Part shown: one piece after another, positions 15,537-26,100 of the stretch
How positions within the stretch are numbered: position 1 is the first letter of the stretch
Layout of the letters: the number at the start of each line of letters is the position of its first letter
IMG/VR virus record: IMGVR_UViG_3300008108_000206
Location: 1 to 59,526 of that record
From: a virus
Taxonomy: Duplodnaviria > Caudoviricetes
Direction: 5' to 3' (one strand)
DNA length: 59,526 nt
The notes under the pieces: generated by a model
What the model saw: the letters and a program-made list of their open reading frames with translations, nothing else
Told to the model about the DNA's origin: nothing
The model's database searches: none
Translations under genes and position numbers: made by a program

Positions 15537-15647
15537 GTGCCAATTCTCGAACTGTCCCGATTTTTCGGTTTTGTATCACCACGAACTACACAGCATCCTC
15601 AGATCCGTTATTGTATGTTCAACGAGGTGAGAGATCCACACCTCGTT
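15537..15647 (+). promoter_or_regulatory. degenerate palindrome/promoter unit 10
   Basis: GTGCCAATTCTCGAACTGTCCC (15537-15558); CAGATCCGTTATTGT with -10 at 15609; 5' hairpin AACGAGGTG...CACCTCGTT. Confidence 0.5.
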
Positions 15648-15668
15648 ATCACTAACCCCCACGGAGTT

Positions 15669-15947
15669 ATGTTCACTTCCACCCGCTTCTTCGTCCTCAC
15701 TGGTAACAGCGAAGCCCTCGCAGTTTCGCTCATCAAGAACCCGAAAGTGATAGGACCGAAGCGTGCTCAAATGCTGTTCAATCTGGCAGCAGTTGATAAC
15801 AACAAGATCGGTCGTGATGCACTCAAACTGTGTGCCAAAGCTGCTAACCGTCACCATGTGGACGGTTTGATTAACGATCGGGTGTTCAACAAAGCATCAA
15901 CAAAGCGTCTGCAATTCTGGGCACAAAATAAGAACACCCCCGTCTGA
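15669..15947 (+). CDS. basic hypothetical protein
   Basis: GGAG SD before ATG 15669; MFTSTRFFVLTGNSEALAV... Confidence 0.65.
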   Translation: MFTSTRFFVLTGNSEALAVSLIKNPKVIGPKRAQMLFNLAAVDNNKIGRDALKLCAKAANRHHVDGLINDRVFNKASTKRLQFWAQNKNTPV

Positions 15948-16004
15948 GTTAGCATCACAAACTGGGGGCAATCTGCCCCCTCCACATTCTCACTTTTTCC
16001 TCAA

Positions 16005-16277
16005 ATGTCCGTTTCCTTCGATATCACGAATTCCATGCTTTTTCGTGAATTTAGTGTAGACGAATCCTCTGCAATTCACTGCATCTCGGTGTTAGGCAAC
16101 AACGTCACAATTGCGTTTCAAAGCAACACTGAAAAGCAGTACATCTTCGCCGCTTCAGATAGATTTATCGCCCACATTCGTGCCGTGGTTACTGACTTCA
16201 ACCCCACCGAACATAGCCTCGGTTCGATAATAGCAAAGGCACGCAAATCTGGCGACCTTGAGATTATTAACATCTGA
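16005..16277 (+). CDS. KTSC-like domain protein (paralog of 11690..11926)
   Basis: ESSAI...VTIAFQSNTEKQYIF...SLGSIIAKARKSGDL. Confidence 0.6.
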   Translation: MSVSFDITNSMLFREFSVDESSAIHCISVLGNNVTIAFQSNTEKQYIFAASDRFIAHIRAVVTDFNPTEHSLGSIIAKARKSGDLEIINI

Positions 16278-16316
16278 AACATTTCAGATAATTACTAATA
16301 CTCAAAAATCACAGAT

Positions 16317-16346
16317 AGCAGGTAATTATTATTACCTGCTTTTTTT
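16317..16346 (+). terminator. intrinsic terminator closing the early region
   Basis: AGCAGGTAAT-TATT-ATTACCTGCT followed by TTTTTT. Confidence 0.8.
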
Positions 16347-16660
16347 ATGTTTTTCTATAAAATATAAAATAACGATTTGCTATGTATTATTAATACTTTA
16401 CAAATTACAAAATATAATTATATTTTGCATTTACGATTGCACAGTATTATTAATACACAGTAAATACGATTACAAAGGTATTAGAATTAACAGTTAATCG
16501 TAATCGTTCGTTAATTATAATTAACGATAAGCGTCCCCCCAAAAAAGTACCTTCTTTCTAAGCTATAAACGTTTCCCAGAGCCCGATAAATATTAAAAGG
16601 AAATCGAAAACTCCAAACCTCGAATTCCAAAAAAATTTCCCAGAAAATTTTTAGCCAAAA
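16347..16660. other. AT-rich non-coding block with ACGATT repeats and a 20-bp palindrome (candidate origin)
   Basis: ACGATT at 16372, 16433 and 16466; AATCGT at 16496 and 16502; TCGTTAATTATAATTAACGA at 16508-16527. Confidence 0.45.
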
Positions 16661-16668
16661 AAGTCGCC

Positions 16669-16881
16669 ATGAAACAACGAGTAACTTACAAAACCAAGGA
16701 TGGTTCATTAAGAGAACAAGTATTTGATGATTTCAATGAATTTGCAGATCTCATCCAAGACGCCGCCATGGATTACTATACTGGTGGACAACCTGAGATG
16801 AGTGTAGAGACGATGTATAGTAATATGGTAAAGAAGGAGAAAGTAACAAATAATGAATCAAGACCTGAACTCCTTGATTGA
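16669..16881 (+). CDS. hypothetical protein
   Basis: ORF track; GATAAATA late-like promoter at 16585. Confidence 0.7.
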   Translation: MKQRVTYKTKDGSLREQVFDDFNEFADLIQDAAMDYYTGGQPEMSVETMYSNMVKKEKVTNNESRPELLD

Positions 16882-17014
16882 GAGGATTGAGAGATTAGAG
16901 GCGTCCCTCTACAATCTCAGATTAATGTACAGACCTCCAGAAAGGGAGGAGCATGTAAGTATAACTGAATACTTAGATGAAGTAGAGAATAGGATAAAAA
17001 ATTTAGAAAATTAA
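16853..17014 (+). CDS. small coiled-coil protein
   Basis: AAGGAG upstream; MNQDLNSLIERIERLE...LMYRPP...YLDEVENRIKNLEN. Confidence 0.65.
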   Translation: MNQDLNSLIERIERLEASLYNLRLMYRPPEREEHVSITEYLDEVENRIKNLEN

Positions 17015-17019
17015 GAGTT

Positions 17020-17400
17020 ATGCCATTACTTGTAGGACCAGACACTCCAGATAGTTCGAGTATCAATGGACCATGTTTATTTCCTGCAAAGCCTGTAACA
17101 TCACCACAGGTATCCCCAAATATTTTCATTAATGGGGAAGCGGTGAAGTACATACATAATGCGATACCACCTGATAGTGTGGAGGGTCAACCAAACAACC
17201 CTCTAGTGCCTTGTGTAGCCCCCCTGACGCCCGCTCTAAGGCAAGTTGTGACATCTGTGAACACTTCGGTGTATTTTAATAATTTATTACCAGCAGTGCA
17301 GGGGGATGCCACAGAATTAACGAGTTTACCTGGGACTAAGCGAGTATTTGTCGCACCATTTCAGCATCCAAACGTGATCATTGGTGGAGGGGTTGCGTGA
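17020..17400 (+). CDS. PAAR-like baseplate spike-tip protein (T4 gp5.4-like)
   Basis: SPNIFING, SVYFNNLLPAVQGD and PNVIIG repeats; positioned before gp25. Confidence 0.7.
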   Translation: MPLLVGPDTPDSSSINGPCLFPAKPVTSPQVSPNIFINGEAVKYIHNAIPPDSVEGQPNNPLVPCVAPLTPALRQVVTSVNTSVYFNNLLPAVQGDATELTSLPGTKRVFVAPFQHPNVIIGGGVA

Positions 17401-17421
17401 TTGGTTGGGGTGTGGTATAAT
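17393..17421 (+). promoter_or_regulatory. sigma70-type promoter
   Basis: TTGCGT, 17-bp spacer, TATAAT with extended TG. Confidence 0.65.
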
Positions 17422-17447
17422 AGGTGGGTAATCAACCGAGAGGTCTT

Positions 17448-17588
17448 ATGGCAAAGCGTCCTTCGCTGACTGGCAATCAAATCGAATCCAAGCCCAAGAA
17501 AACCCGTCAGGGTATGGGAGCACATACGAAGTATGCCGCTACGAGTCGTAACGGTGCTCGTAAGCGTTATCGTGGTCAAGGTCGATGA
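17448..17588 (+). CDS. 46-aa very basic cyanophage-type peptide
   Basis: MAKRPSLTGNQIESKPKKTRQGMGAHTKYAATSRNGARKRYRGQGR; GAGG SD. Confidence 0.8.
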   Translation: MAKRPSLTGNQIESKPKKTRQGMGAHTKYAATSRNGARKRYRGQGR

Positions 17589-17595
17589 ATATTTT

Positions 17596-17620
17596 GCGAT
17601 CCTTCGGGGTCGCTTTTTTT
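17596..17620 (+). terminator. intrinsic terminator with cUUCGg loop
   Basis: GCGATCC-TTCG-GGGTCGC followed by T7. Confidence 0.9.
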
Positions 17621-17707
17621 ATGTGTGTAAATAGTTTTGAGTGTGTCTCTGAAGGCAGGGATAGCAACCCCTTAAAAAGTTCTGTTCAACCTATATGGAG
17701 AAAACAG

Positions 17708-17884
17708 ATGGCTAATGTTGATAAAAGTAGAGAGTTTGTCCAATCGGGGATGACTCTGATATCAGAACAGGCGAGTGATCGCCTGTTAAAAAAGGTGAAA
17801 TACCAAATTCCAGAAAATCGATATAGTAGACCGTGTGGTGGTGCTGGTGGATTTGATGATTTTGTTGAGAGGTGGCATGAGTGA
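17708..17884 (+). CDS. cyanophage-type hypothetical protein
   Basis: GGAG SD; MANVDKSREFVQSGMTLISE...GFDDFVERWHE. Confidence 0.75.
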   Translation: MANVDKSREFVQSGMTLISEQASDRLLKKVKYQIPENRYSRPCGGAGGFDDFVERWHE

Positions 17885-17885
17885 C

Positions 17886-17893
17886 TATAAATA
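17886..17893 (+). promoter_or_regulatory. T4-type late promoter
   Basis: Exact TATAAATA before gp25. Confidence 0.85.
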
Positions 17894-17915
17894 ATAACAA
17901 ACGTTTTTGTCTACT

Positions 17916-18308
17916 GTGCCACAGTTTCAAACATTTAAAGATTTAAATGTTACATTCAAGCCACATCCTGTAACTGGTGATTTAATTGTCAGTAAGGATG
18001 TGGCTGCTGTCAAACAGGCTATTATTAATCTTTTGTTAACCAACAAAGGTGAGCGTTTATTTAATTCTCAGATTGGATCAAATATTTCTAGATTATTATT
18101 TGAACAATTAGATTATGGCGTAGCAGCACTGGTTCAATCTGAGATTAAAAATGTATTAAATGACTATGAACCAAGAATTAATATTCTATCGTTAGAGGTT
18201 ATACCAAATTTTGATGATAATGGATTTGATGTTGGAATGGAATTTGAGATTATAGGTAGAGACGATATTCCACTCAACGTAGAATTCTTTTTAGAGAGAA
18301 CTCGATAA
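17916..18308 (+). CDS. gp25: baseplate wedge subunit gp25
   Basis: FKDLNVTFKPHPVTGD...AIINLLLTNKGERLFN..IGS...YEPRI; likely GTG start at 17916. Confidence 0.93.
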   Translation: MPQFQTFKDLNVTFKPHPVTGDLIVSKDVAAVKQAIINLLLTNKGERLFNSQIGSNISRLLFEQLDYGVAALVQSEIKNVLNDYEPRINILSLEVIPNFDDNGFDVGMEFEIIGRDDIPLNVEFFLERTR

Positions 18309-20102
18309 ATGCCATACACACAAGTAGCAAATTTAGATTATAATGACATAAAAATTGCTTTAAAAGAATATTTAAGATCTCAATCAGATTTTACTGATTA
18401 TGATTTTGAAGGTTCTGTATGGAGCACGTTACTTGATGTATTGGCTTATAATACGTATTATACAGCGTTTAATACAAATTTAGTTGTCAACGAATTATTT
18501 TTAGATTCAGCAACATTGAGAGATAATGTTGTTGGAATTGCTAAGCAATTAGGGTATTCGCCAAAGTCAGTTACTTCACCTGTTGCTTACATTAGTTTTG
18601 ATGTTAATTTTACTAATACAACGCCAGATGTAGCTATTTTAAGAACTGGTTCTGCATTTACTACAATATTTGATTCCGAATTATATCAATACACTACATT
18701 AGATGATGTATCAGCATCAGTAGAGAATGGTGTTGCTAGTTTTATTAATGTACCTATTTACGAAGGCTCATTAGTCAAGAATTCTTATACTGTTAATACG
18801 GCATTAAAATCACAACGGTTTACTATTCAAAACCAAGGCGTTGATGCAAGTAGTATTAAAGTAAAGGTATATCCTTCTCAGAATTCATCTGCTTATGAAT
18901 TTTACGATAAAGCAGAGAATATCTTAGATGTTAATTCAACAACTAAATCATATTTCTTAAATGAAATTGAAGATGAGAATTATGAGTTATTTTTTGGTGA
19001 TGGTGTTTTGGGCAAAAAGTTAGAAAATAATCAATTTATTGAAGTTAGTTATCTTGTTACTAATGGTCCTTCTACAAATGGAGCTAAAACATTTGTATTC
19101 AATGGTATTATAGATGATAAAGATAATGCAGTTTATCCTTTATCAGTATCAGTAACTGATGTTACTCCAGCATCAGGTGGAGAGAACATCGAAAGCATTG
19201 ATAAAATTAAATTCAATGCTCCCAGGTATTTTGGCACACAGGACCGTGCAGTGACCGCACAGGACTATGCAGCGATCGTTAGAAACATTTATCCAGCAGT
19301 TGCAGATATTATTACTTTTGGTGGGGAGTTAGCAAGTCCTCCTGAATATGGAAAGGTAAAGGTAGTTATTAAGCCCTCTAATGCCAATTTACTTTCTTCT
19401 TTTACTAAACAAGAAATTATAAGAAAGTTAAGATCATATATGGTTGGATCGGTTACTGTTGATATTATTGATCCATCAATTTTATATGTCGAATTAACCA
19501 GTAAGATTTATTTTAGTAGAGCAAAGACAAATTTACCTCCAGCAGAGATTGTTAAAAAAGTAAAAACTTCTATTCAGCAATATATTGAGCAATCTGACAC
19601 AGAAAAGTTCAATGGCAAATTTAGATATAGTAAATTTATTGGTGTCATTGATGATTCTGATAGATCAATCAATTCGAATCAAACTAGCGTAATGATGAGA
19701 AAGGATTTTTATCCTGCAATCAATTCAAGCTTCTTTTATGAAGTATGTTTTCAAAATACTTTTGACAAAGATTGCGAAGGACCAACATTGCATTCAACTG
19801 GGTTTGTAGTAAGCGAATTTCCGCAGTATACCTCGTATCTCGAAGATAGGAATGGTAGAATCGTCCTATATAGAATAGATGATTTAACTGGACTAAAAAT
19901 AGTTCTAAATGACTCCGTTGGAGACATTAATTATGATAAAGGTGAGATTATGTTATATGATTTAACTATTATTCGTGGTTCTTTTGAAGATAATCGTATT
20001 GAATTAAGAGTAAAACCTTTAAGTAATGATATTAATGCAGTAAGAGAGGTTTTCCTAGACGTTGATATGTCCACAAGTAAGTTCACTGCTTATCCCGAGT
20101 AG
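18309..20102 (+). CDS. gp6: baseplate wedge subunit gp6
   Basis: LDYNDIK..LKEYL...FTDYDFEGS...LAYNTYY...ELFLDSATLR; QDRAVTAQDY. Confidence 0.95.
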   Translation: MPYTQVANLDYNDIKIALKEYLRSQSDFTDYDFEGSVWSTLLDVLAYNTYYTAFNTNLVVNELFLDSATLRDNVVGIAKQLGYSPKSVTSPVAYISFDVNFTNTTPDVAILRTGSAFTTIFDSELYQYTTLDDVSASVENGVASFINVPIYEGSLVKNSYTVNTALKSQRFTIQNQGVDASSIKVKVYPSQNSSAYEFYDKAENILDVNSTTKSYFLNEIEDENYELFFGDGVLGKKLENNQFIEVSYLVTNGPSTNGAKTFVFNGIIDDKDNAVYPLSVSVTDVTPASGGENIESIDKIKFNAPRYFGTQDRAVTAQDYAAIVRNIYPAVADIITFGGELASPPEYGKVKVVIKPSNANLLSSFTKQEIIRKLRSYMVGSVTVDIIDPSILYVELTSKIYFSRAKTNLPPAEIVKKVKTSIQQYIEQSDTEKFNGKFRYSKFIGVIDDSDRSINSNQTSVMMRKDFYPAINSSFFYEVCFQNTFDKDCEGPTLHSTGFVVSEFPQYTSYLEDRNGRIVLYRIDDLTGLKIVLNDSVGDINYDKGEIMLYDLTIIRGSFEDNRIELRVKPLSNDINAVREVFLDVDMSTSKFTAYPE

Positions 20103-20107
20103 ATTAA

Positions 20108-23100
20108 ATGGCTGCAAAGACAAGAAATATCTCCACCTTAATTGAATCTCAACTACCTGGGTTTATAGTTTCTGAATACGAGAACTTTTCCAAGTTTGTA
20201 GAGAAATACTACGAGCATTTAGAAAATCAAGGTCAACCACTTGATATTATCTCAAATGTTACGAAATATCGTGACATCAATTTTTATGAGAAAAATTTAC
20301 TGAATCAATATACAGAATTATCTTCAAGTATTACGGAAACTGATACTACTATTACAGTAGAAGATGCGTCTTCATTTCCAGAAAAGAATGGTTATATTAA
20401 AATAGGTAATGAACTGTGTTTCTATAAGGAAAGAACTGAAACAGAGTTTCTAGAGGTTTCTAGAGGGGTTAGCGGCAACACTACGTTAGGTGATCTATAC
20501 GAAAGCACGAACTTTGTTACTACTCAAGCAGAACCACACTATACTAACGATATAGTATATAATGTAAGTAATCTATTTTTATATGCTTTCGTAAAAAGCT
20601 TCGAATCTCAGTACCTTGGTGGATTTCCTGAAGCATACCTTAAAGGTGATGTAGATAAGCGTGTTCTAATTAAAAATATTAGTGACTTTTACAAAGCAAA
20701 AGGAACTGATAAATCAATTAAGTTTATTTTTAATTCAATTGTTTCAAAAAGTGCTGAAGATACTCCAGAAACATATAATCCAAAAGATTTTACTCTAAAA
20801 GCATCTACTTCAGATTGGACTAGTAATTATTCCATCAAAGCAAAAATTTTAACAGGAGATGTTAATAAATTAATCGGAACCAAAATTATCCAAAAAACAG
20901 GAACTTCATATGCATCTGCAGTTATTGATGCAGTAAATTATGGTGGTTCCGATGGAATTTTTGAAATTATATTATCTCCCAGTTCTATTAATGGCAATTT
21001 TAAAATTGCTGCCCAAACAACTTTACGTACAGATATCTCAGTAAATGATACTACTGGAGATAGAATTGATGTTTATTCGACTTTAGGATGGGACCAGAAA
21101 GGAGAATTAATTGTAAATTCTGAACGCATTTCGTTTGTTGAAAAAAATGTAAACCAATTTGTAATTTCTGGTCGATCAAATCCAAATACAACTCATGTTG
21201 CTGGTACTCCTGTTTATAGTAATGATATTATTACTGCATTTTATGATGGTGGTTCTGCTACTATACTGAGTTTAGGTCTTTTATACAATTTAAATGTTTA
21301 TAGTGGAGAGCCATATTCAAATTCTGGAGATAAGGTACAAATTTCAGAATCTGGATTTATAAGTGATCATCCAGTAATTGAAGGAGCAAATTGGTTTTTA
21401 AATACTAATTTCAGAAAAGCATTTTCTCCATTAAATTCTCAAGTAGCACAAGCTGTTGGAGATTTAAATTCAGATGTTTCTGCAATTTATGAAGATGATC
21501 AATATTTTTATATTTGTTCATCTGGTTATCCACATCATGCTTTATTAAAAGAATCTTCTCCAGTAAATTTAGAAGATCAAAAGTTTTTAAAATTAATTAG
21601 AAAATATCCAACTAACACAACCGAAATATATTCAGTATCAAATAGAGATATTGGTATTTTAGTTGATGGATCTATTGCATTTAGTAATAAAGATTTTGAA
21701 GTAGTAAAATATGGAAAAATAACAACTACTCTCGTAGAAAATAAAGGAGTTGGTTATCAAGCACCCCCATTTGTTTTGATAAACAACGAACCAAATAAAG
21801 CTAGATGTTTTCTTTCAGGAGAAGTTGTAGACAGAATCGAATTATTATCTGATGATATCTACGAAGAAGATCCAGAAATAACAATTACATCTGGAAGAAA
21901 TGCTACGTTAAAACCAGTTGTAACTAATGGAGAAATTACTAGTATTAGAGTTATTGATCAAGGAGAATATTATTCATCACCTCCTTTAATTAGAATTTTT
22001 GATGCTTTAGGTAAAGGAGCATTTGCAGAATATCAAGCTATTGTATCTCCAGAAGGAAAACTTGTAAGATGTCAAAAAATAAACGGAGGGCGTTTTTACA
22101 ATAGAAATAGTCTAGTAGTAGAAGTAATTTCTGTTGGTTCTGGTGCTTTTGCTTCTGCTAAAATTAGAGAATGGACTAAAGATAGATTTAATAAGTACAG
22201 ACTTGATTTAGATTCTAATTATTCTTATGTTTTTCCAAATTTCAATCAAAAAATTGGGTTAGGTTATGGAGTTGTTGCAAGTCCAGCAAATTTACGATTT
22301 AGATTAGGAGATAACATTAATAGTGTATTAGGAGAAAATCCTGGAACTAAAACCCACTCCCCAATTATTGGATTTGCTTATGATGGCAATCCAATTTATG
22401 GTCCATATGCATTTTCCGATCCAGGAAATCCAAATTCATCTATTGTAAAAATGAATAGTGGGTATCAATTAAAAAATTCTAGAGAAAATGGACCTTCAAT
22501 TTTAAATTATGCTTTAGGAACATTTGTCGATGATTATATTTGGGTTCCTTCAGTTAATAGCGGAAAAACTGAACTTGATGAAAATAACGGCAGATTTTGT
22601 GTAACTCCAGAATATCCAAATGGAACTTATGCATATTTCGCAACTATTAATTCTTCTGGACAACCAGTTTTCCCTTATATCATAGGAAAAAATTTCTATT
22701 CTTTACCAGTAGATTCAAATTATAATTCAAATATATCACAAGATGACTTACCAAAAAATTTAAAGAGATTAAGAACTAGTGATATTGACAATAATGGAGT
22801 AAATTCTTTTGCTCTTATTGGAGATGTAACAAATGGAAATGTTTCTGCAGCATATGCAGATTATTCCACAGAAACTTTTTCTATCGGTTCTGAATTGTTT
22901 GTAGATAATTTAAATACGCAAGGTTTTGGAGCAAAAGCATTTGTTTCTGAAATTAATGGAAAAGATGTAGCATCACTTGAATCTGTTCAAGAAAAAGCAG
23001 TTGTGATCGATTTAATCGAAAACGCTTATTTATTTGAAGGAGACATTTTATTCCAAGGAGAAGGAGTACTATTAAATCAAATTATTGTAGATAATACAGA

Positions 23101-26100
23101 AATTAGTGATTTCCAATTTTCGGAAGCTCCTAATGTAAAAATTGTTAACGATTTAGCTATCGGTCCAGATGGATCATTTAGAGTTATTCAAGATTTATCT
23201 TCTGATTTAGTACAAGGACAAATTATTGGAGATGTAATTAACAGCAATCGAGTAGTATTAAGATCAGTACAAAATACATTTAATTCTTCGTTGCCAGTAT
23301 TTGCTACTATTAAAGTATTGAATTTATTAGTAAATAAAAATGGAACATACACAAAAGACTCTATAATATCTTTTATTAGAGAAGATGATGGTGTTATTTT
23401 TGGAACTGCATTAGTACTAGAAGGTACATTAAAACAAAATGCTTTGAAAGTTAGAGTTATTACTGGAGATATTTTTACATCGGATAATTTTATTTTGAAA
23501 AGTAGTACTTTATCTGATACTACAAATGCAAAAGTAATTTCTACTACATCTTTAAGTGAAAATTTAACAATTAATACTATAAATGATCAGGTTGCTATTT
23601 TACAAACAAATGAAGATCATAATTTGGCAATAGGTGATAAAGTATTTGTTAATATTTTTCCAGATGATTCTATTACACAAACAACATATTATGTAAGAAA
23701 AAGATTATATCAAAAAGCTGTTTTACAAGAATTAACCTTTAATGGTAAAATTACCGATACTGGCATTGGAAGATTTGAAATTTTAAATAGTGGTGCTGAT
23801 TATGAAAGTGGAACTTACAATAATGTAGAATTAATTTTTGTTGACTCTACAAAAGCAAGAAAAAATATTGGCAAGCCAGGAGACCCAGGAAATGCTAGAG
23901 CAAATATAGAAGTATTTAATATTGGAGGTGGATTTGGTAGAGTTTCTTCTATTACTTTAACTAAAAAAGGTTATGGATATAAAAAATCTGATATCCTTAC
24001 AGTTTCGGATGATGATTTACAAAGATTAGGAATTTCTACTAGAACTGCCAGATTAAATTTATTTGTTGACCATGTAGGATTTTCTGCAGAAAATACCGAA
24101 TTATTTTTAACTAATATTAATGACTTGTCTGTAAATGACTACTTAAATGTTGGCAACGAAGTTGTTAAAGTATCATCGATAAACAAATCATCAAAATCAG
24201 TTATTGTAGAAAGAGCACAAAAAAATACTCCAATTACAGATCACTTTGATGATCAAAAAATTACTTTTAATCAAACATCATACAAATTTCAAAAGGGATA
24301 TAGAATATTAGGAGATTCTCAAAATTCTCCTTATGTTATTGAATATGATTCATTAACAAGAGAATTATTAATTGCTTATGATTATTCAGTAACAAATCCA
24401 ACAAAAATTTTACAAAGTAGTATTTTCTTTGATCAAAATATTCCAAATAAATTTGTTAAAGTTGAATCTGTAGAATCTCCTCAATATAAATTAGAATTCA
24501 GTAAAGATCAAATTAATTTTGAAATTAATCCAACAATTAATATTCAAAAGTATTACAAATATAAATTTGATACTAGTCATCCATCAATGCTGGATACTTA
24601 TTTGGATTTTTCTTCTAGTTTAAATTATAATTTATTTACTGAGGAAAAAAATGTTAGTTCCAATTTACCAGGAACTTCTGGATCTTTTGTGTCTATAAAA
24701 TTAGGATTTGGACCAAATATTTCTTCAAATACATACCAAAATAAAACTCCAATAAATTTTAATAATTATTATTACTTTATTAAAGCTACAGCAAATGTAA
24801 ATACCGAAGGATCATTTTTAAAAGTCATTGATGATCCTCTTGCTGGAGAACAGTCGGTAATTTATTCTACTGATAAAAAATTTGTATATAATGTCAAATC
24901 ATTACCTCAATATGATGGTTCTGGAGATATTTCATATACAACTACATCACAATTTGCAATAGGATCTATTGCAAATATTTCTATAAATGACACAGGAATC
25001 AATTATAAGTCCATACCAGTATGCAAAGGAATTTTGCCATCAACATCTTTCGTATCTACTGTAACTGCAAAAATTGATACAACTACTGGGTATCTATCAT
25101 CTATTGTTGTAAACAATCAAGGTAATAATTATTCAAAACCAATTGCAATAATTACAGATGGAGATGGATTTGATTATAAACTAGAATGTGTTGTTGAAAA
25201 TGGTAAAATAAAGACTGTAAATATTTTAAATCCTGGTAAAGGATTTACATATGACCCAACAATAAAAATATTTGAATCAGACATTAAAGTATTTTTAACT
25301 TCTGATAATATTGGTATACCAAAAAATATCAAACTAATTAATAGCGGATTTGGGTATAATTCCGATTATTCAACATTACCTGCTTTTATTTCAACTACAA
25401 CTTTTGTTCTAAAAGATTTTGAAGATGATTCATTTTATATGGGTGAAAAAATTACTCAGTATGAAAATGATATTTTAATTGCAGAAGCAACAGTATCTAA
25501 AAATGGATGGCGAATTGGTAGTAATTTATTAAAAGTAGAAAATATAAAAGGTATATTTAAAAATAATTTACCTATTAAAGGATTTGCTAGAGCAAAAACA
25601 GCAACTTTAATTGCTCAAATTAATACAGTATTTACTCCAGACATCAGAACCTATTCGGATAATTTAGGAAGATTTAATTCTGAACGAGGAAAGTTAAGTT
25701 CAAATTCACAAAAATTAACAGATTCTTATTTTTATCAAGATTATTCTTATGTAATTAAATCGAGAACTTCCATAGAATTTTGGAGAGATTTAATTAGAGA
25801 AACAACTCATCCAGCAGGATTCCAGTTGTTTGGGGAATTAATATTAGAATCAGAAGGTGCGGCTACGATGCCTTCTAGAATCAAAGAAATTGAAACTCAT
25901 TCATTCATTAATTTAAAACCACAAAATATTTCTGTTGTTAATACAAAGAAATATGTAACAGAAAATATTATATCTTTTAATAACACCAATATTGAAAGAG
26001 GCATTGGATCTGTTTCTGTGGATACTTTTGATTCATCGGAAACAATAGCAAGAGAATTAATTTTAGCACGAGCATTTGATGGAGATTTTGATCCAAATAG

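Noticed and set aside
5106-15558. Palindrome read as a CRP or NtcA site
   Set aside because: The geometry differs: CRP is TGTGA-N6-TCACA and NtcA is GTA-N8-TAC, whereas these half-sites span 22-24 bp.
16258-16497. 79-aa hydrophobic ORF
   Set aside because: It crosses a terminator and AT-rich repeats; its composition reflects the AT bias.
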